Positions 19,679 through 31,897 of a DNA stretch of 64,000 bases are shown here, piece by piece. The position numbers and the translations under genes were made by a program. Each line of letters starts with the position of its first letter. Position 1 is the stretch's first letter. The notes beneath the pieces are model-generated. The model saw nothing but the letters and a program-made list of their open reading frames with translations. It searched no databases and was not told the DNA's origin. Source of the DNA: an uncultured Actinomycetes bacterium (GTDB taxonomy: Bacteria; Actinomycetota; UBA4738; HRBIN12); the NCBI GenBank assembly GCA_963699635.1, contig CAVOUQ010000016.1, positions 200,680 through 264,679 on the forward strand, given 5' to 3'.

Positions 19679-20686
19679 TCAGCCCTGCCTGGCTTCGCAG
19701 CGAGTGGCGAGGAACTCCGCGAGCTGGACGAGGGCGCTCAGGGCCGGCCCCTCGGGGAGGCGGGCGCCGAGCGCGTGGGCCCGGTCGACCTCCGCCACGA
19801 CCGCCGCGCGGGCGGCCCCGAGGCTCTCCGGGCCCCGGACGATCTCGAGCGCCCGGCGGAACCGGTCGCCTTCGGGCGGACCCGAGCGCAGCAGCGAGCC
19901 CAGCTCGTCCGCCCCGTTCCCGTGCGCGAGGGCGTGCAGCACCGGGAAGGTGTAGACGCCCTCCCGCAGATCCTGGCCGGGCTCCTTCTGGAGCTCCTGC
20001 TCGGTCGCCGTGAGGTCCATGATGTCGTCGGAGAGCTGGAAGGCCAGGCCGAGCGACTCGCCGAACTCCTCGAGCACGTCCAGGGAGTCGGCGGGGGCAT
20101 CGGAAAGCATCCCGCCGAGCCGGCACGAGGTGGCGATCAGCGCCCCGGTCTTCCGTCGGATGATCTCGAGGTACGCGTCGACCGTCTGGTCCACTCGGCC
20201 TGCGGCCTCGACCTCGCGGATCTGGCCGTCGCAGAGCGTCGCGATCGTCCTGGCGAGGAGCGCGCAGACGTCCGTCCCGAGATCGGTCGCGATGTCGGAG
20301 GCCCGGGCGAACAGGTAGTCGCCCGTGAGGATCGCGACGGTGTTGTTCCAGCGGACGTTCGCCGCGGCCACGCCGTGGCGCGAGTCCGCCTCGTCGATCA
20401 CGTCGTCGTGGTACAGCGTGGCCTGGTGCACGAGCTCGATCGAGACCGACCCCGGGATCAGGCGAGGGTCGGCGGGATCCCCGAAGTAGCCGGCCAGGAG
20501 GATGAGCATCGGGCGGAAGCGCTTCCCGCCGGCGGTGAGCAGGTAGCGGGCCGTCTCCCACAACATGTCGGAGTCGGCCCGGACGGCCTTCTCGAGGGCC
20601 TCCTCGACCTCGCCGAGGCGGGCTCGGATCTCGCGCTCGAGGACGGGGTCGGGAACCTCCAGCCCGGGGATCACGCGGCGGCTCAT
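19679..20686 (-). CDS. Polyprenyl diphosphate synthase (trans-IPPS; probable menaquinone side-chain synthase)
   Basis: 335 aa with GGKRFRP, LYHDDVIDEADSRHG and FQLSDDIMD (both Asp-rich motifs). Confidence 0.85.
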   Translation of the reverse strand: MSRRVIPGLEVPDPVLEREIRARLGEVEEALEKAVRADSDMLWETARYLLTAGGKRFRPMLILLAGYFGDPADPRLIPGSVSIELVHQATLYHDDVIDEADSRHGVAAANVRWNNTVAILTGDYLFARASDIATDLGTDVCALLARTIATLCDGQIREVEAAGRVDQTVDAYLEIIRRKTGALIATSCRLGGMLSDAPADSLDVLEEFGESLGLAFQLSDDIMDLTATEQELQKEPGQDLREGVYTFPVLHALAHGNGADELGSLLRSGPPEGDRFRRALEIVRGPESLGAARAAVVAEVDRAHALGARLPEGPALSALVQLAEFLATRCEARQG

Positions 20687-20720
20687 CGCCCCGACCCTAC
20701 CTGCTCGATGCCCGCCAGGT

Positions 20721-22169
20721 TCACCATCGCAGCACCGCCGCCCGGTCCAGGAAGCCGATCACGAGGCCGGGGAACACGCCGAGCACGAGGACCAGCGCCG
20801 CAGAGACGCCGACCACGAGCCGGGGCAGGAAGGTCTCGTCCGTCTCCGCGTCGCCCTCCGGCTCGTGCATGAACATCAGGACGACCACCCGGAGGTAGAA
20901 GAAGGCCGCCACGACGCTTGCCAGCACGCCGATCAGCACGAGGGGCCAGGATCCGGCGTCGACGGCGGCCCGGAACACCCCCACCTTGGCGATGAAGCCG
21001 GCCGTCGGCGGGATCCCGGCGAGCGACAGCAGGAACAGCGTGAGGAGCCCCGCAAGGAGCGGGCTCCGGCGCCCGAGCCCCGCGTAGGACGCGAGCGAGG
21101 TACGCCGCTCCCCCCGCGCGGACACCAGCATCACGACGCCGAACGCGCCGAGGATCGTGAGCGCGTACGCGACCAGGTAGAACAGGGCGGCGCTGATGCC
21201 CGTCTCGCCCACGGCCACGATCCCCGTCAACACGAACCCCGCGTGGGCGATGCTCGAGTACGCGAGCATCCGCTTGATGTCGGTCTGCGCGATCGCGAGC
21301 ACGCTCCCGGCGATCACCGAGACCGCGGCCAGGACCCAGACGAGCGGACGCCAGTCCCACGCCAGCGGCTGCAGCGCGACGTTGAACACCCGCATCAGCG
21401 CGGCGAAGGCCGCCACCTTCGTCCCCGCCGACATGAACGCCGTGACCGCCGTCGGGGCGCCCTGGTACACGTCGGGCGTCCACATGTGGAACGGCACCGC
21501 CGAAACCTTGAAGGCGAAGCCGACGGCGAGGAGCCCCATCGCCGCGAGCGCGAGGGCCAGGCCGTCGGTCCGGCCCGCGAGCGCCCGCGAGATCGCGGAG
21601 AGTTGGGTCGAGCCGGTGGCGCCGTAGGCCATCGCGACGCCGAAGAGGAAGAACGCGGACGAGAAGGCCCCGAGCAGGAAGTACTTCATCGCGCCCTCGA
21701 CCGACCCGAGGCGCTGGCTGAAGCCGGTCAGGACGTAGAGCGAGAGCGAGAGGACCTCGAGGGCGAGGAACACGAGGATCAGGTCTGAAGCCACCGCGAT
21801 CAGCGTCATCCCCGACGTCGCGAACAGGACGAGCGGGAAGAACTCGGCGCGAGCCTCCCCGGAGCGCTCGAAGTAGTGGGAGCCGAAGACGAGACCGATC
21901 GCGGCGGTCCCGAGGATGATCAACCGGACGACCACCCCGAAGCGGTCGACGGCGACGGAGCCGGCGAGCACGGTCGGGCCGCCCCCCCAGTCCCACAGCG
22001 CGATCGAGGCGGCGGCGGCGGCGGCGACGCCCACGAGCGAGACGAGCAGGAGCGTGAGCGGCTCGACCCGGCGGAGCGTCGCGCCCGCCAGCAGGACCAG
22101 GATCCCGGTTCCCACCAGGATGAGCTCGGGGAAGACCGGCCCGAGATCGACGGCCGGGTGCGGGATCAC
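20721..22169 (-). CDS. nuoN: NADH-quinone oxidoreductase subunit N (operon 2, complete complex I)
   Basis: 482-aa antiporter-like ORF. Its start overlaps the nuoM stop. Confidence 0.9.
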   Translation of the reverse strand: MIPHPAVDLGPVFPELILVGTGILVLLAGATLRRVEPLTLLLVSLVGVAAAAAASIALWDWGGGPTVLAGSVAVDRFGVVVRLIILGTAAIGLVFGSHYFERSGEARAEFFPLVLFATSGMTLIAVASDLILVFLALEVLSLSLYVLTGFSQRLGSVEGAMKYFLLGAFSSAFFLFGVAMAYGATGSTQLSAISRALAGRTDGLALALAAMGLLAVGFAFKVSAVPFHMWTPDVYQGAPTAVTAFMSAGTKVAAFAALMRVFNVALQPLAWDWRPLVWVLAAVSVIAGSVLAIAQTDIKRMLAYSSIAHAGFVLTGIVAVGETGISAALFYLVAYALTILGAFGVVMLVSARGERRTSLASYAGLGRRSPLLAGLLTLFLLSLAGIPPTAGFIAKVGVFRAAVDAGSWPLVLIGVLASVVAAFFYLRVVVLMFMHEPEGDAETDETFLPRLVVGVSAALVLVLGVFPGLVIGFLDRAAVLRW

Positions 22170-23749
22170 GGCGCCCCCTCACCCGAGCCGCTCGGCGCGG
22201 CGATGACGCCGACCGGCGGCCGGAACTCGGGCTGGACCTCGGCTCGAAGCCCGCCGGGGAGCCCGGGCTGGCCCACCTCCACGGTGTCGATCCAGGCGAC
22301 CGTGCCCTCGCTCGTCGGGTTGATCCGGTCGAGCACGACGTTCGGGTAGACGCCGATGAAGAGCATGGCCGCGATCACCGGCAGGACCGCGGCGAACTCC
22401 CGCGGCAGCATGTCGGCGACGCCGCGGTGGCGCCCCGGCTCGGGTCCCTGGAACGTCCGCTGATAGGCCCACAACATGTAGATCGCGGCGAGCACCACGC
22501 CGGTGACGGCGATCGCGCCGAGCCACCGGTTCGCCCCGAAGGCCCCGAGGATCACGAGGAACTCGCCGACGAAGTTGTTCAGGCCGGGAAGACCGATGGA
22601 GGAGAGCGTCGCCACCAGGAACGTCGCGGCGATCCAGGGCGTGACCTGGGCGAGGCCGCCCATCTCACCCATCTCGCGCGTGTGGGTTCGCTCGTAGAGC
22701 ATGCCGATCGCGAAGAAGAGGAGCCCGGTGGACAGCCCGTGGTTCACCATCTGGATCACGGCGCCGCTCATCCCCTCGGTCGTGAGGGTGAAGATCCCAA
22801 GGATCACGAACCCCATGTGGCTGACGGAGGAGTACGCCACGAGCCGCTTCACGTCGGTCTGCATCATCGCGACGATCGCGCCGTACACGATGCCGATCAC
22901 CGCGAGCACCCCGATCGCTTCGGCGAAGTACCGGGACGCCTCGGGGAACAGGTCGAGGTTGAACCGCAGGAGGCCGTACGGCCCGGCCTTCAGCAGGAGC
23001 GCCGCCAGGACGATCGAGCCCTTCGTCGGCGCCTCGGTGTGCGCGTCCGGGAGCCAGGTGTGGAGCGGGAAGATCGGGACCTTCACCGCGAACCCGATGA
23101 AGAACGCGACGAAGAGCCACCGCTGGACGCCGACCCCGAGCGAAAGCTGCTCCATCTGCCGGATGTCGAAGCTCCCCTGCCCGAACTGTTCCACCGTCTG
23201 GAACCACAGATAGAGCGTCGCCAGGAGGATGAACGCCGACCCGAGCATCGTGTAGAGGAAGAACTTCACGCTGGCGTACACGCGCCGCGACGAGCCCCAG
23301 ACCCCGATGATCAGGAACATCGGGACGAGCAGCGCCTCGAAGAAGACGAAGAAGAGCAGGAGGTCGAGCGCGCAGAACGAGCCGAGCACGACCGTCTCGA
23401 GCACGAGCGAGAGCGCCATGAACGCCCGGACCCGGCTGGTCATGCCCCACGCCGCGATCAGGCCGATGGGGAACATGAACGCCGTGAGGACGACCAGCCA
23501 GATGCTGAAGCCGTCCACGCCCACGAGGTAGGAGACGCCCGCCGACGCGACCCAGTCGACCTGCTCGACGAGCTGATAGCCCGAGCGCTCGATGTCGAAT
23601 GCCCCGAGGACCCCGAGGGAGACGACGAAGCAGGCGATCATCACGAGGAGGGTCAGCCACCGGGCCTGAGCGTCGGTCATCCCTCGCCAGAGCAGGAGCA
23701 CCGGCACCCCGATCAGCGGCAGGAAGATGAGGACGCTCAGCCAGGGCAT
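22166..23749 (-). CDS. nuoM: NADH-quinone oxidoreductase subunit M (operon 2)
   Basis: 527 aa with WLPDAHTEAPT. Confidence 0.9.
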   Translation of the reverse strand: MPWLSVLIFLPLIGVPVLLLWRGMTDAQARWLTLLVMIACFVVSLGVLGAFDIERSGYQLVEQVDWVASAGVSYLVGVDGFSIWLVVLTAFMFPIGLIAAWGMTSRVRAFMALSLVLETVVLGSFCALDLLLFFVFFEALLVPMFLIIGVWGSSRRVYASVKFFLYTMLGSAFILLATLYLWFQTVEQFGQGSFDIRQMEQLSLGVGVQRWLFVAFFIGFAVKVPIFPLHTWLPDAHTEAPTKGSIVLAALLLKAGPYGLLRFNLDLFPEASRYFAEAIGVLAVIGIVYGAIVAMMQTDVKRLVAYSSVSHMGFVILGIFTLTTEGMSGAVIQMVNHGLSTGLLFFAIGMLYERTHTREMGEMGGLAQVTPWIAATFLVATLSSIGLPGLNNFVGEFLVILGAFGANRWLGAIAVTGVVLAAIYMLWAYQRTFQGPEPGRHRGVADMLPREFAAVLPVIAAMLFIGVYPNVVLDRINPTSEGTVAWIDTVEVGQPGLPGGLRAEVQPEFRPPVGVIAAPSGSGEGAP

Positions 23750-23750
23750 C

Positions 23751-25619
23751 TCAGAACCTCAGCCCGATGAACAGCAGGAGCGCCACCGCACCCAGGAGGA
23801 ACGCGAGCGCGTAGGAGCGCACGAAGCCCGACTGGAGGACCGGGGCGAGCCGCGAGGCCCGGCCGACCTCCTCGGCGACCTCGTTCACCGCCCCGTCGAC
23901 GACCCGGTCGTCGACCGTGCGCAGGCCTCGGCCGAATCCCATCCCGGCCGTGCGGACGAGCCAGGCGTACAGCGCGTTCACGTAGAAGGCGTTCGAGAGC
24001 CAGCCGGCCAGCTCGGGCTGGCGCCGCGGGAACGCCTCCCAATCCACGCGACCCGAGGCCCAGATGAACCACGCGATCCCCACGGCCAGCACCGCGAGGG
24101 CGACGGAGATCACCACCAGCACGGCCTCGGACAGGCTCGCGTGCCCCGGGTCGGCGATGCCGACGACGGGCTCGAGGAATCGCGCGAGCACCCCTTCCGC
24201 CCGGAAACCGAGCAGGAACCCGCTCACCACCGAGCCGGCCGCCAGGACGGCGAGGGGCGCGTGCATCGACCACGGCGCCTCGTGTGGGTGGGCGTCGGTC
24301 CGCGGCCGGCCGAAGAACGCGAGGAACAGCGGCCTCGCGATGTAGAACGCCGAAAGGAACGCGCCGAGCGACGCGAGCACCCAGGCGAACTCGCGATGGG
24401 ACAGGTAGGCGAAGCCGACGATGTGGTCCTTGGCGAAGAACCCGGCGAGCGGCGGGATCCCGGCGAGCGCGAGCGCTCCGATCGCGAACCAGGTCGCCGA
24501 GACCGGCATCGCCCCCCGCAGCCCACCCATCCTCCGCAGGTCGGTCTCGTCGTCCAGGCCGTGCATGACGTTCCCGCTCGTGAGGAACAGCAGGGCCTTG
24601 TAGAAGGCGTGACAGACGAGGAGGAGCATCGCGCCGGCGTAGAAGCCCATCCCGGCGGCGAAGAACATGAATCCGACCTGGCTCATCGTCGAGTAGGCGA
24701 GCGCGCGTTTGATGTCGAACTGCCCGATCGAGGCGAGCGCCGCGTAGATCGCCGAGAGCAGGCCGATCACGAGGACGATCGTGAGCGCAACATCGGACGC
24801 CTCGAACAGGGCGTGCGAGCGGACGATCAGGTACACCCCGGCGGTCACCATCGTCGCGGCGTGGATCAGCGCCGACACCGGCGTCGGTCCCTCCATCGCG
24901 TCCGGGAGCCAGACGTGCAGCGGCAGCTGCGCGGACTTGCCGACCGCCCCGGCGAGCAGGAGCAACGCGATCGCCGTCGAGGCGGACTCCGAGACCGCCG
25001 CGTTCGCCCCGAACACCTTCCCGAAGTCGAGCGAGCCGTAGTGGACGAAGATCAGCGCGACGCCGAGCAGCATCGCGGCGTCGCCGATCCGGGTCGTCAC
25101 GAACGCCTTCTTGGCCGCGCTCGCCGCGACCGGGCGCTCGAACCAGAACCCGATCAGCAGGTACGAGCAGAGCCCGACGCCCTCCCACCCCAGGTACAGG
25201 AGGAGGTAGTTCTCCGCGAGGACGAGCATCAACATGAAGAACACGAACAGGTTGAAGTACGCGAAGAACCGGCCCACCCGCGGGTCGTGCTCCATGTAGC
25301 CGATCGCGTACACATGGATCAGCGCGCCGACCCCGGTGACGACCATCACCATCGTCATCGAGAGCGGGTCGACGAGCAGGTTCGCCTCCACGCGGAAGGT
25401 GCCCACGGTGATCCACTCGAAGAGGTTCACGACGTGGTGGCGTGCCTCGGCCGGCAGAGAGAGCAGGTCCAGCAGCACGGCGACGCCGACGACGAACGAG
25501 GCGACGACGAACGCCGAGGCGAGCCAGCCGGCCCTCCGCCCGAGCCGCTTGCCCAGGAACAGGTTCACGGACGCGCCGGCGAGCGCGAGCGCGGGGATCA
25601 GCCAGGCGGCATCGAGCAC
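23751..25619 (-). CDS. nuoL: NADH-quinone oxidoreductase subunit L (operon 2)
   Basis: 622 aa with [22 protein letters not shown]. Confidence 0.9.
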   Translation of the reverse strand: MLDAAWLIPALALAGASVNLFLGKRLGRRAGWLASAFVVASFVVGVAVLLDLLSLPAEARHHVVNLFEWITVGTFRVEANLLVDPLSMTMVMVVTGVGALIHVYAIGYMEHDPRVGRFFAYFNLFVFFMLMLVLAENYLLLYLGWEGVGLCSYLLIGFWFERPVAASAAKKAFVTTRIGDAAMLLGVALIFVHYGSLDFGKVFGANAAVSESASTAIALLLLAGAVGKSAQLPLHVWLPDAMEGPTPVSALIHAATMVTAGVYLIVRSHALFEASDVALTIVLVIGLLSAIYAALASIGQFDIKRALAYSTMSQVGFMFFAAGMGFYAGAMLLLVCHAFYKALLFLTSGNVMHGLDDETDLRRMGGLRGAMPVSATWFAIGALALAGIPPLAGFFAKDHIVGFAYLSHREFAWVLASLGAFLSAFYIARPLFLAFFGRPRTDAHPHEAPWSMHAPLAVLAAGSVVSGFLLGFRAEGVLARFLEPVVGIADPGHASLSEAVLVVISVALAVLAVGIAWFIWASGRVDWEAFPRRQPELAGWLSNAFYVNALYAWLVRTAGMGFGRGLRTVDDRVVDGAVNEVAEEVGRASRLAPVLQSGFVRSYALAFLLGAVALLLFIGLRF

Positions 25620-25623
25620 GTCG

Positions 25624-25925
25624 TCACCCCCGCAGCACCGTCGCGTCGTCCACGCTGGCGCTGGCCCGTCGCCGGTAGACGTTCACGATGATCGCGAGGC
25701 CGACGACCACCTCGGCCGCCGCGACCACCATCGAGAAGAAGGCCAGGACCTGGCCGTTCAGGTTGCCGTGCATCCGGCTGAACGCGACCAGGGACAGGTT
25801 CACGGCATTCAGCTGAAGCTCGACCGACATGAAGATCACCAGCGCGTTCTTTCGCACGAGCACGCCGATCGTCCCGATCGCGAACAGCATGCTCGACACG
25901 ACGAGGAAGTAGGAGATCGGTGTCC

Positions 25926-25929
<4 letters not shown>
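25624..25929 (-). CDS. nuoK: NADH-quinone oxidoreductase subunit K (operon 2)
   Basis: 101 aa with [21 protein letters not shown]. Confidence 0.9.
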
Positions 25930-26512
<583 letters not shown>

Positions 26513-26513
<1 letters not shown>

Positions 26514-27022
26514 TAGCGCCCCTCCTGCGTTCCGGGTGCGGTGCCGAGCGGCAGCGGCGGCTCGAGCAGCTCCTCCTTCGACAGGATCGCCTCCTCGCGC
26601 GAGAGGAAGCTCATCTCGTAGGCGCTCGTGAGCGTGAGCGCGCGGGTCGGGCAGGCCTCGACGCAGAGGCCGCACATGATGCAGCGCAGGTAGTTGATCT
26701 GGTAATCCTTCGCGTACCGCTCCCCCGGGCTCGTCGGGTGCTCCGGGTCGTTGTCCGCCCCCTCGACCCAGATGGCGTCGGCGGGGCACGCGAACGCGCA
26801 GAGCTCGCACCCGATGCACTTCTCGAGCCCGTTCTCGTGCCGGTTCAGGAGGTGCCGGCCGATGTGACTGCGGGGCGGCGGCGGATCGATCTCCTTCGGA
26901 TACTGCTCGGTGACGTCGCGGCGGAAGATCTGCTTGAAGACCGTCCCCATCCCCTTCGCGATCGCGCCGACCGAGGTCCCGAAGTCGACCCCGGGGCGCT
27001 CGTTCGAGCCCTCCTCGCTCAC
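26513..27022 (-). CDS. nuoI: NADH-quinone oxidoreductase subunit I (operon 2)
   Basis: 169 aa from GTG 27022 (GTGA overlap with the nuoH stop). Contains [12 protein letters not shown] and [12 protein letters not shown]. No long tail. Confidence 0.9.
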
Positions 27023-28146
27023 GACGGCGTCACCTCCCGCGTGGACGTGGACGGCCGCGCGAACAGCGGCCAGATCAGCGAGAGCGCGAGCGCCGCGCCG
27101 ACCAGGATCGCCCCGCCGATCACGACCTCGCGCTTGCCGTAGACATCGGGCAGCACCACGACGGCTCCCGTCGCGAGCACCCACAGCAGCCCGAAGGGGA
27201 TCAGGAACTTCCAGCCGAACGACATCAGGCGGTCGTAGCGCATCCGCGGCAGCGTGGCCCTGATCCAGATGTACACGTAGATGACCACCAGCACCTTCAG
27301 CAGGAACCACAGCAGCGGCCAGAGCCACGGCAGGAGATCGGGCGCGGGCCCGCGCCAACCGCCGAGCCACAGCGTGACGGCGACCGCCGCCACCGTGACG
27401 GTGTTGAGGTACTCGCCGAGGTAGAACATCGCGAACTTGATCCCGCTGTACTCGGTGTGGTACCCGGCGACGAGCTCGGACTCGGCCTCGGGCAGGTCGA
27501 AGGGCGGGCGGTTGGTCTCGGCGAGGCCGGCGATCAGGTAGATCACGAAGGCCGGGAACTGCGGGACGACGTTCCACACGGAGTCCTGGCTCGCGACGAT
27601 CTCGGACATCCTCAACGAGCCCGAGTACATGAGCACCGCGACCAGCGCGAGCCCCATCCCAACCTCGTAGCTGATCATCTGCGCCGAGGAGCGGATCGCG
27701 CCGAGCAACGGGTAGTTCGAGCCGCTCGACCAGCCGGCGAGGACGATCGAGTAGACCATGAGCGACCCCATCGCCAGGACCCACAGGATCCCGATGTTGA
27801 GGTCGGCGATCTGGAACGGGACCTCGCGCCCGAACAGGACGACGCCGGTCCCGAAGGGGATCACGGCGAACGCGAGGAAGGCGGGCAGCATCGCGATCAC
27901 CGGCGCGATCGCGTAGACCGGCCGGTCCACGAGGGTCGGCGTGATTCCCTCCTTGAAGAAGAGCTTGATGCCGTCGGCGAGGGTGATCAGCACGCCCCGG
28001 GGGCCGGCCCGCATCGGGCCGACGCGCGTCTGCATGTCCGCGACGACCTTGCGCTCGATCCAGATGAGGATCATCACCAGCAGCAGCAGCACGAAGAACA
28101 CGACGACGACCTGCCCGACGAGCAGCACCCAGTCGAGCCAGTCCAC
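27019..28146 (-). CDS. nuoH: NADH-quinone oxidoreductase subunit H (operon 2)
   Basis: 375 aa from GTG 28146 with [12 protein letters not shown] and [18 protein letters not shown]. Confidence 0.9.
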   Translation of the reverse strand: MDWLDWVLLVGQVVVVFFVLLLLVMILIWIERKVVADMQTRVGPMRAGPRGVLITLADGIKLFFKEGITPTLVDRPVYAIAPVIAMLPAFLAFAVIPFGTGVVLFGREVPFQIADLNIGILWVLAMGSLMVYSIVLAGWSSGSNYPLLGAIRSSAQMISYEVGMGLALVAVLMYSGSLRMSEIVASQDSVWNVVPQFPAFVIYLIAGLAETNRPPFDLPEAESELVAGYHTEYSGIKFAMFYLGEYLNTVTVAAVAVTLWLGGWRGPAPDLLPWLWPLLWFLLKVLVVIYVYIWIRATLPRMRYDRLMSFGWKFLIPFGLLWVLATGAVVVLPDVYGKREVVIGGAILVGAALALSLIWPLFARPSTSTREVTPS

Positions 28147-30554
28147 TACGCGGCTCCCTCTTGCGCAGAGACGGCGGCTTCGGAGGCGATCGCCTCGACC
28201 GTCACGGGCCCGACGAATCCACCGGACAGGAGGGTGTTCGCGGCGAGGCCGGGCTGGTTGAACGGGACGAAGACCGTCCCCACGGCCACGCCGGGGGTCA
28301 CCCGGACCGGAACCTCCGCCTCTCCGGCGTCGGTCCGCAGTCGGATCCGATCGCCGTCCACGACGCCGCGCTTCTCCGCGTCCTCGGGGTGCAGCTCGGC
28401 AAACGCCTCGTCCTGGAGCGCGGCCTTCAGCTCGTCGGCCCCCTGCGAGAGCCGGCCCTCGTCGACCAGGAGCGGGTACGTGAACATCGTGAGGTCGCCG
28501 AGGAGCTGGGGCCTGCCGGTGCCGGTCCAGGCCGTGGCTCGCGCCGAGACCGTGCGGCCCCCCAGGAGGCGCGAGGCCTCCTCCCGCAACTCCTCCAGCG
28601 TCTCGAACCCCAGGTCGCCGCCCGCCGCCACGGCGAGTCCCGCGAAGATCTCCCAGTCCGGTCGCGCGACGCCCGCCGGCGAACGCACCGGGCGGATCGG
28701 CTGCGAGCGGCCCTCCCAGTCGGTCACCGACCCGTCGCGCTCCGCCCACGCCGCCGCAGGAAGGAACGCGTCGGCGTACGGCTCCAGATCGCCGAGCTCG
28801 AGCCCCTGGACGACCTTGTGCCGGGCGTTCTCGAGGGCCCGGCGCGCGAGCTCGGCGTCGGGGAAGTCGCGAAGGGGGTCGACGCCGACGAGGAACAGGA
28901 GGTCGACCTCCCGATTCGCAGAGGCCTGGAGGATGGCGCGGCTGGAGCGTCCGGGATCGGTCGCGGTCAACGGCCCCCAGACGGCTTCGACCTCCGCGAG
29001 CTCCTCGGGGTTGCCGATCCGCCGGCCGCCGGGCAGCAGCGCCGGATGCACTCCCGCCCGCAACGCGCCGCGATCGTTCGCCCGTCGCGTCGCGAACGCG
29101 AACCGGGCGCCGAACCGCTGCGCGACCGACAGCGCGACGTCCGCCGCGAGCGGATGCTCGGCGAGTCGCTCACCGGCGATCACGACCGCGTCGCCACGCG
29201 CCTCTCGCAGCGCCCCTGCGACCCGCTCCTCGAATGCGTCCCCGGCCCCCGCGGCGTCGTGGATCCGCTCGAGCACGTACGACTGATGCTCGGGTCGGCA
29301 GAGCTCGTGCTCCGCGACGTCGTGCAGGCGCGTCGTCCGCGGATGGATGACGAAGACCCTCGCACCCCGGCGGGCCGCCTTACGGATCCGCAGGTGCAGG
29401 ATCGGCAGCTCCTGTTCGGCGTCAAGGCCGGCGAGGAGGATCACCTTCGCGCGCTCGACGTCGCGATTGGTCGTCCCCATCGGGGATGCGGCCGCCATCT
29501 CCTCGGCGAGACCGCCGTGGAGCGCCCGGCGGTGATCGAGGTCGTTGGTCCCGAACACGGTCCGGGCGAGCTTCGACAGCGCGTACGCGTCCTCGTCGCC
29601 GAGGCGCCCCCCGGTCAGGAACGCCACCCGATTGCCCCTCGACCACGAGGCGATCGTCCCCAGGACCTCTCCGAACGAGGCCGGCTCGAGCCCTCGATCG
29701 CGGATCAGCGGCGTCGTGATCCGCGTGGTCAGGTCCGCGTGCCGGAACGCGTACCGGCCCTTGTCGCAGAGCCAGGCGTCGTTCACGTCGTCGTTTTCCC
29801 TGGCGAGCACGCGGACGATCTCCCCTCGGCGGAGATCGAGCTTCACGTTGCAGCCGGCGCCGCAGTGCCCGCATACGGAATCGGCGCTCGACAGGTCGAA
29901 CGGGCGCGCGACGAACCGGTACGTCTGGGAGGTGAGCGCGCCGACCGGGCAGATCTGTACGGTGTTGCCGCTGAACGGCGAGCGGAAGTCCTCGCCGGCG
30001 GCGATCGAGACCCGCTCGCCGGCCCCCCGCGCGTACAGCTCGATGAAGCGATCGCCGCTGATCTCGTCGCAGAACCGGGTGCACCGGGCGCAGAGCACGC
30101 ACCGCTCGCGGTCGAGCTTCACCAGCGGCGAGAGCGGGATCGGCTTCTCGTACGTGCGCTTGGGCTCGGCGTAGCGGCTCTCGCCGGGCCCGAACGCCAT
30201 CGACTGGTCCTGGAGCGGGCACTCGCCGCCCCGGTCGCAGATCGGGCAGTCGAGCGGGTGATTCAGCAGGAGGAACTCCAGGTTGGCGACCTGCGCCTCG
30301 TGCGCGACGTCGGACGTGTTCTGTGTTCTCACGACCATGCCCGGCGCGACCTCGGTCGTGCAGGACGTGAAGAGCTTGCGCTGGCCCTCGATCTCGACGT
30401 AGCACTGCCGGCACGCGCCGACGGGTTCGAGGAACGGGTGGTCGCAGAACCGGGGGATCTCGACGCCGAGCTGCTCGGCGGCGCGGATGATCAGTGTCCC
30501 CTTCGGAACCGTGACTTCCTTCCCGTCCACGGTCAGCGTGACGGGATCGCTCAT
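28146..30554 (-). CDS. nuoG: NADH-quinone oxidoreductase subunit G (operon 2)
   Basis: 802 aa with an N-terminal 2Fe-2S/4Fe-4S region ([33 protein letters not shown]) followed by a molybdopterin-like domain. Confidence 0.9.
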   Translation of the reverse strand: MSDPVTLTVDGKEVTVPKGTLIIRAAEQLGVEIPRFCDHPFLEPVGACRQCYVEIEGQRKLFTSCTTEVAPGMVVRTQNTSDVAHEAQVANLEFLLLNHPLDCPICDRGGECPLQDQSMAFGPGESRYAEPKRTYEKPIPLSPLVKLDRERCVLCARCTRFCDEISGDRFIELYARGAGERVSIAAGEDFRSPFSGNTVQICPVGALTSQTYRFVARPFDLSSADSVCGHCGAGCNVKLDLRRGEIVRVLARENDDVNDAWLCDKGRYAFRHADLTTRITTPLIRDRGLEPASFGEVLGTIASWSRGNRVAFLTGGRLGDEDAYALSKLARTVFGTNDLDHRRALHGGLAEEMAAASPMGTTNRDVERAKVILLAGLDAEQELPILHLRIRKAARRGARVFVIHPRTTRLHDVAEHELCRPEHQSYVLERIHDAAGAGDAFEERVAGALREARGDAVVIAGERLAEHPLAADVALSVAQRFGARFAFATRRANDRGALRAGVHPALLPGGRRIGNPEELAEVEAVWGPLTATDPGRSSRAILQASANREVDLLFLVGVDPLRDFPDAELARRALENARHKVVQGLELGDLEPYADAFLPAAAWAERDGSVTDWEGRSQPIRPVRSPAGVARPDWEIFAGLAVAAGGDLGFETLEELREEASRLLGGRTVSARATAWTGTGRPQLLGDLTMFTYPLLVDEGRLSQGADELKAALQDEAFAELHPEDAEKRGVVDGDRIRLRTDAGEAEVPVRVTPGVAVGTVFVPFNQPGLAANTLLSGGFVGPVTVEAIASEAAVSAQEGAA

Positions 30555-31897
30555 CCGAGCGCCTCACTCAGGTCCGGCTCCACGCTCGCGACTGCCGCAA
30601 CCCCAGGGCCCTCGCCCGTGAACGGGCAGCGACGCTCCTCGATGTGCCGCTCGTACTCGTCGCGGAAGTACCGCAGGCTCGACTGGATCGGGCTCACCGC
30701 GCCGTCCGCAAGCGCGCAGAACGCCCGGAACAGGATGTTCCTTCCCAGGTCGTCCATGAGCGGCAGGTCCTCCGGCCGGCCATAGCCGGCCTCGATCCGC
30801 TCGAGCACGCGACTGCCCCACCACGTGCCCTCGCGGCACGGGGTGCACTTGCCGCAGGACTCGTGCGCGTAGAACGCGACGAGCCTTCGCGTCGCCTCGA
30901 CGATGCAGTCGGTCTCGTCCATCACGATGACGGCGCCGGTGCCGAGCAGCGACCCGGCCGCCGCGACCGATTCGAAGTCGAGCCCGACGTCGAGGTGCTC
31001 GTCGGTGAGCATCGGGGTCGAGGATCCGCCCGGAGTCCACGCCTTGAGCCGCCTGCCGCCGAGCACGCCCCCCGCGTGGTCCTCCAGAAGCGTCCGCAAC
31101 GGCGTCCCCATCGGCACCTCGTAGTTGCCCGGGCGCTCGACCTTGCCCGAGACGCTGAAGAGCTTCGTCCCGGGCGACCGTTCCGGACCGATCTTCGCGA
31201 ACCACTCGGACCCGTTCCGAAGGACATGCGGCACGTTGCAGAGCGTCTCCACGTTGTTGATGAGCGTCGGGCACGCGAACAGCCCCTCGACGGCGGGGAA
31301 CGGCGGCCGCAGACGCGGTTGTCCGCGAAAGCCCTCGAGCGAGGACAGCAGCGCGGTCTCCTCGCCGCAGATGTAGGCCCCGGCGCCGCGATGCAAGGTG
31401 ACGTTCAGCTCCCAGCCGCTGCCGAGCATCGAGCTTCCGAAGACGCCCTCCTCGTACGCCTCACGGATCGCCCGGTCGAGGACCCGGCCCGGGTGGAGGA
31501 ACTCGCCGCGGCAATACACGTAGGCCTCGTGGCTCCCGATGCCGTAGGCGGCGATCGCCATCCCCTCGAGGAACTGGTGCGGCTCGCGCTCGACCAGCTC
31601 GCGGTTGTTGAAGGTGCCCGGCTCGGACTCGTCGAAGTTGGCGACCACGTAGGTGGGCTTCCCGGTGTCCTGGGGGACGAACGACCACTTCACGCCCGTC
31701 GGGAAGCCCGCCCCGCCCCGGCCCCGCAGGCCCGAGGCCTTCACGACGTCGATCACCTCCGCCGAGGTCATGCCCAGCGCCGCGCGCAGGCCCTCGTAGC
31801 CGCCGTTCGCCTGGTAGCCCTCGACCGGAACCACGTCCGGGTTGCCCCAGTTCGCCGTGATGACCTTCTCCGTCGGGGGGCCGCCGCTCGGCTTCAC
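30551..31897 (-). CDS. nuoF: NADH-quinone oxidoreductase subunit F (operon 2)
   Basis: 448 aa with GLRGRGGAGFPTGVKW, YICGEETALL and ESCGKCTPCREG. Confidence 0.9.
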   Translation of the reverse strand: MKPSGGPPTEKVITANWGNPDVVPVEGYQANGGYEGLRAALGMTSAEVIDVVKASGLRGRGGAGFPTGVKWSFVPQDTGKPTYVVANFDESEPGTFNNRELVEREPHQFLEGMAIAAYGIGSHEAYVYCRGEFLHPGRVLDRAIREAYEEGVFGSSMLGSGWELNVTLHRGAGAYICGEETALLSSLEGFRGQPRLRPPFPAVEGLFACPTLINNVETLCNVPHVLRNGSEWFAKIGPERSPGTKLFSVSGKVERPGNYEVPMGTPLRTLLEDHAGGVLGGRRLKAWTPGGSSTPMLTDEHLDVGLDFESVAAAGSLLGTGAVIVMDETDCIVEATRRLVAFYAHESCGKCTPCREGTWWGSRVLERIEAGYGRPEDLPLMDDLGRNILFRAFCALADGAVSPIQSSLRYFRDEYERHIEERRCPFTGEGPGVAAVASVEPDLSEALG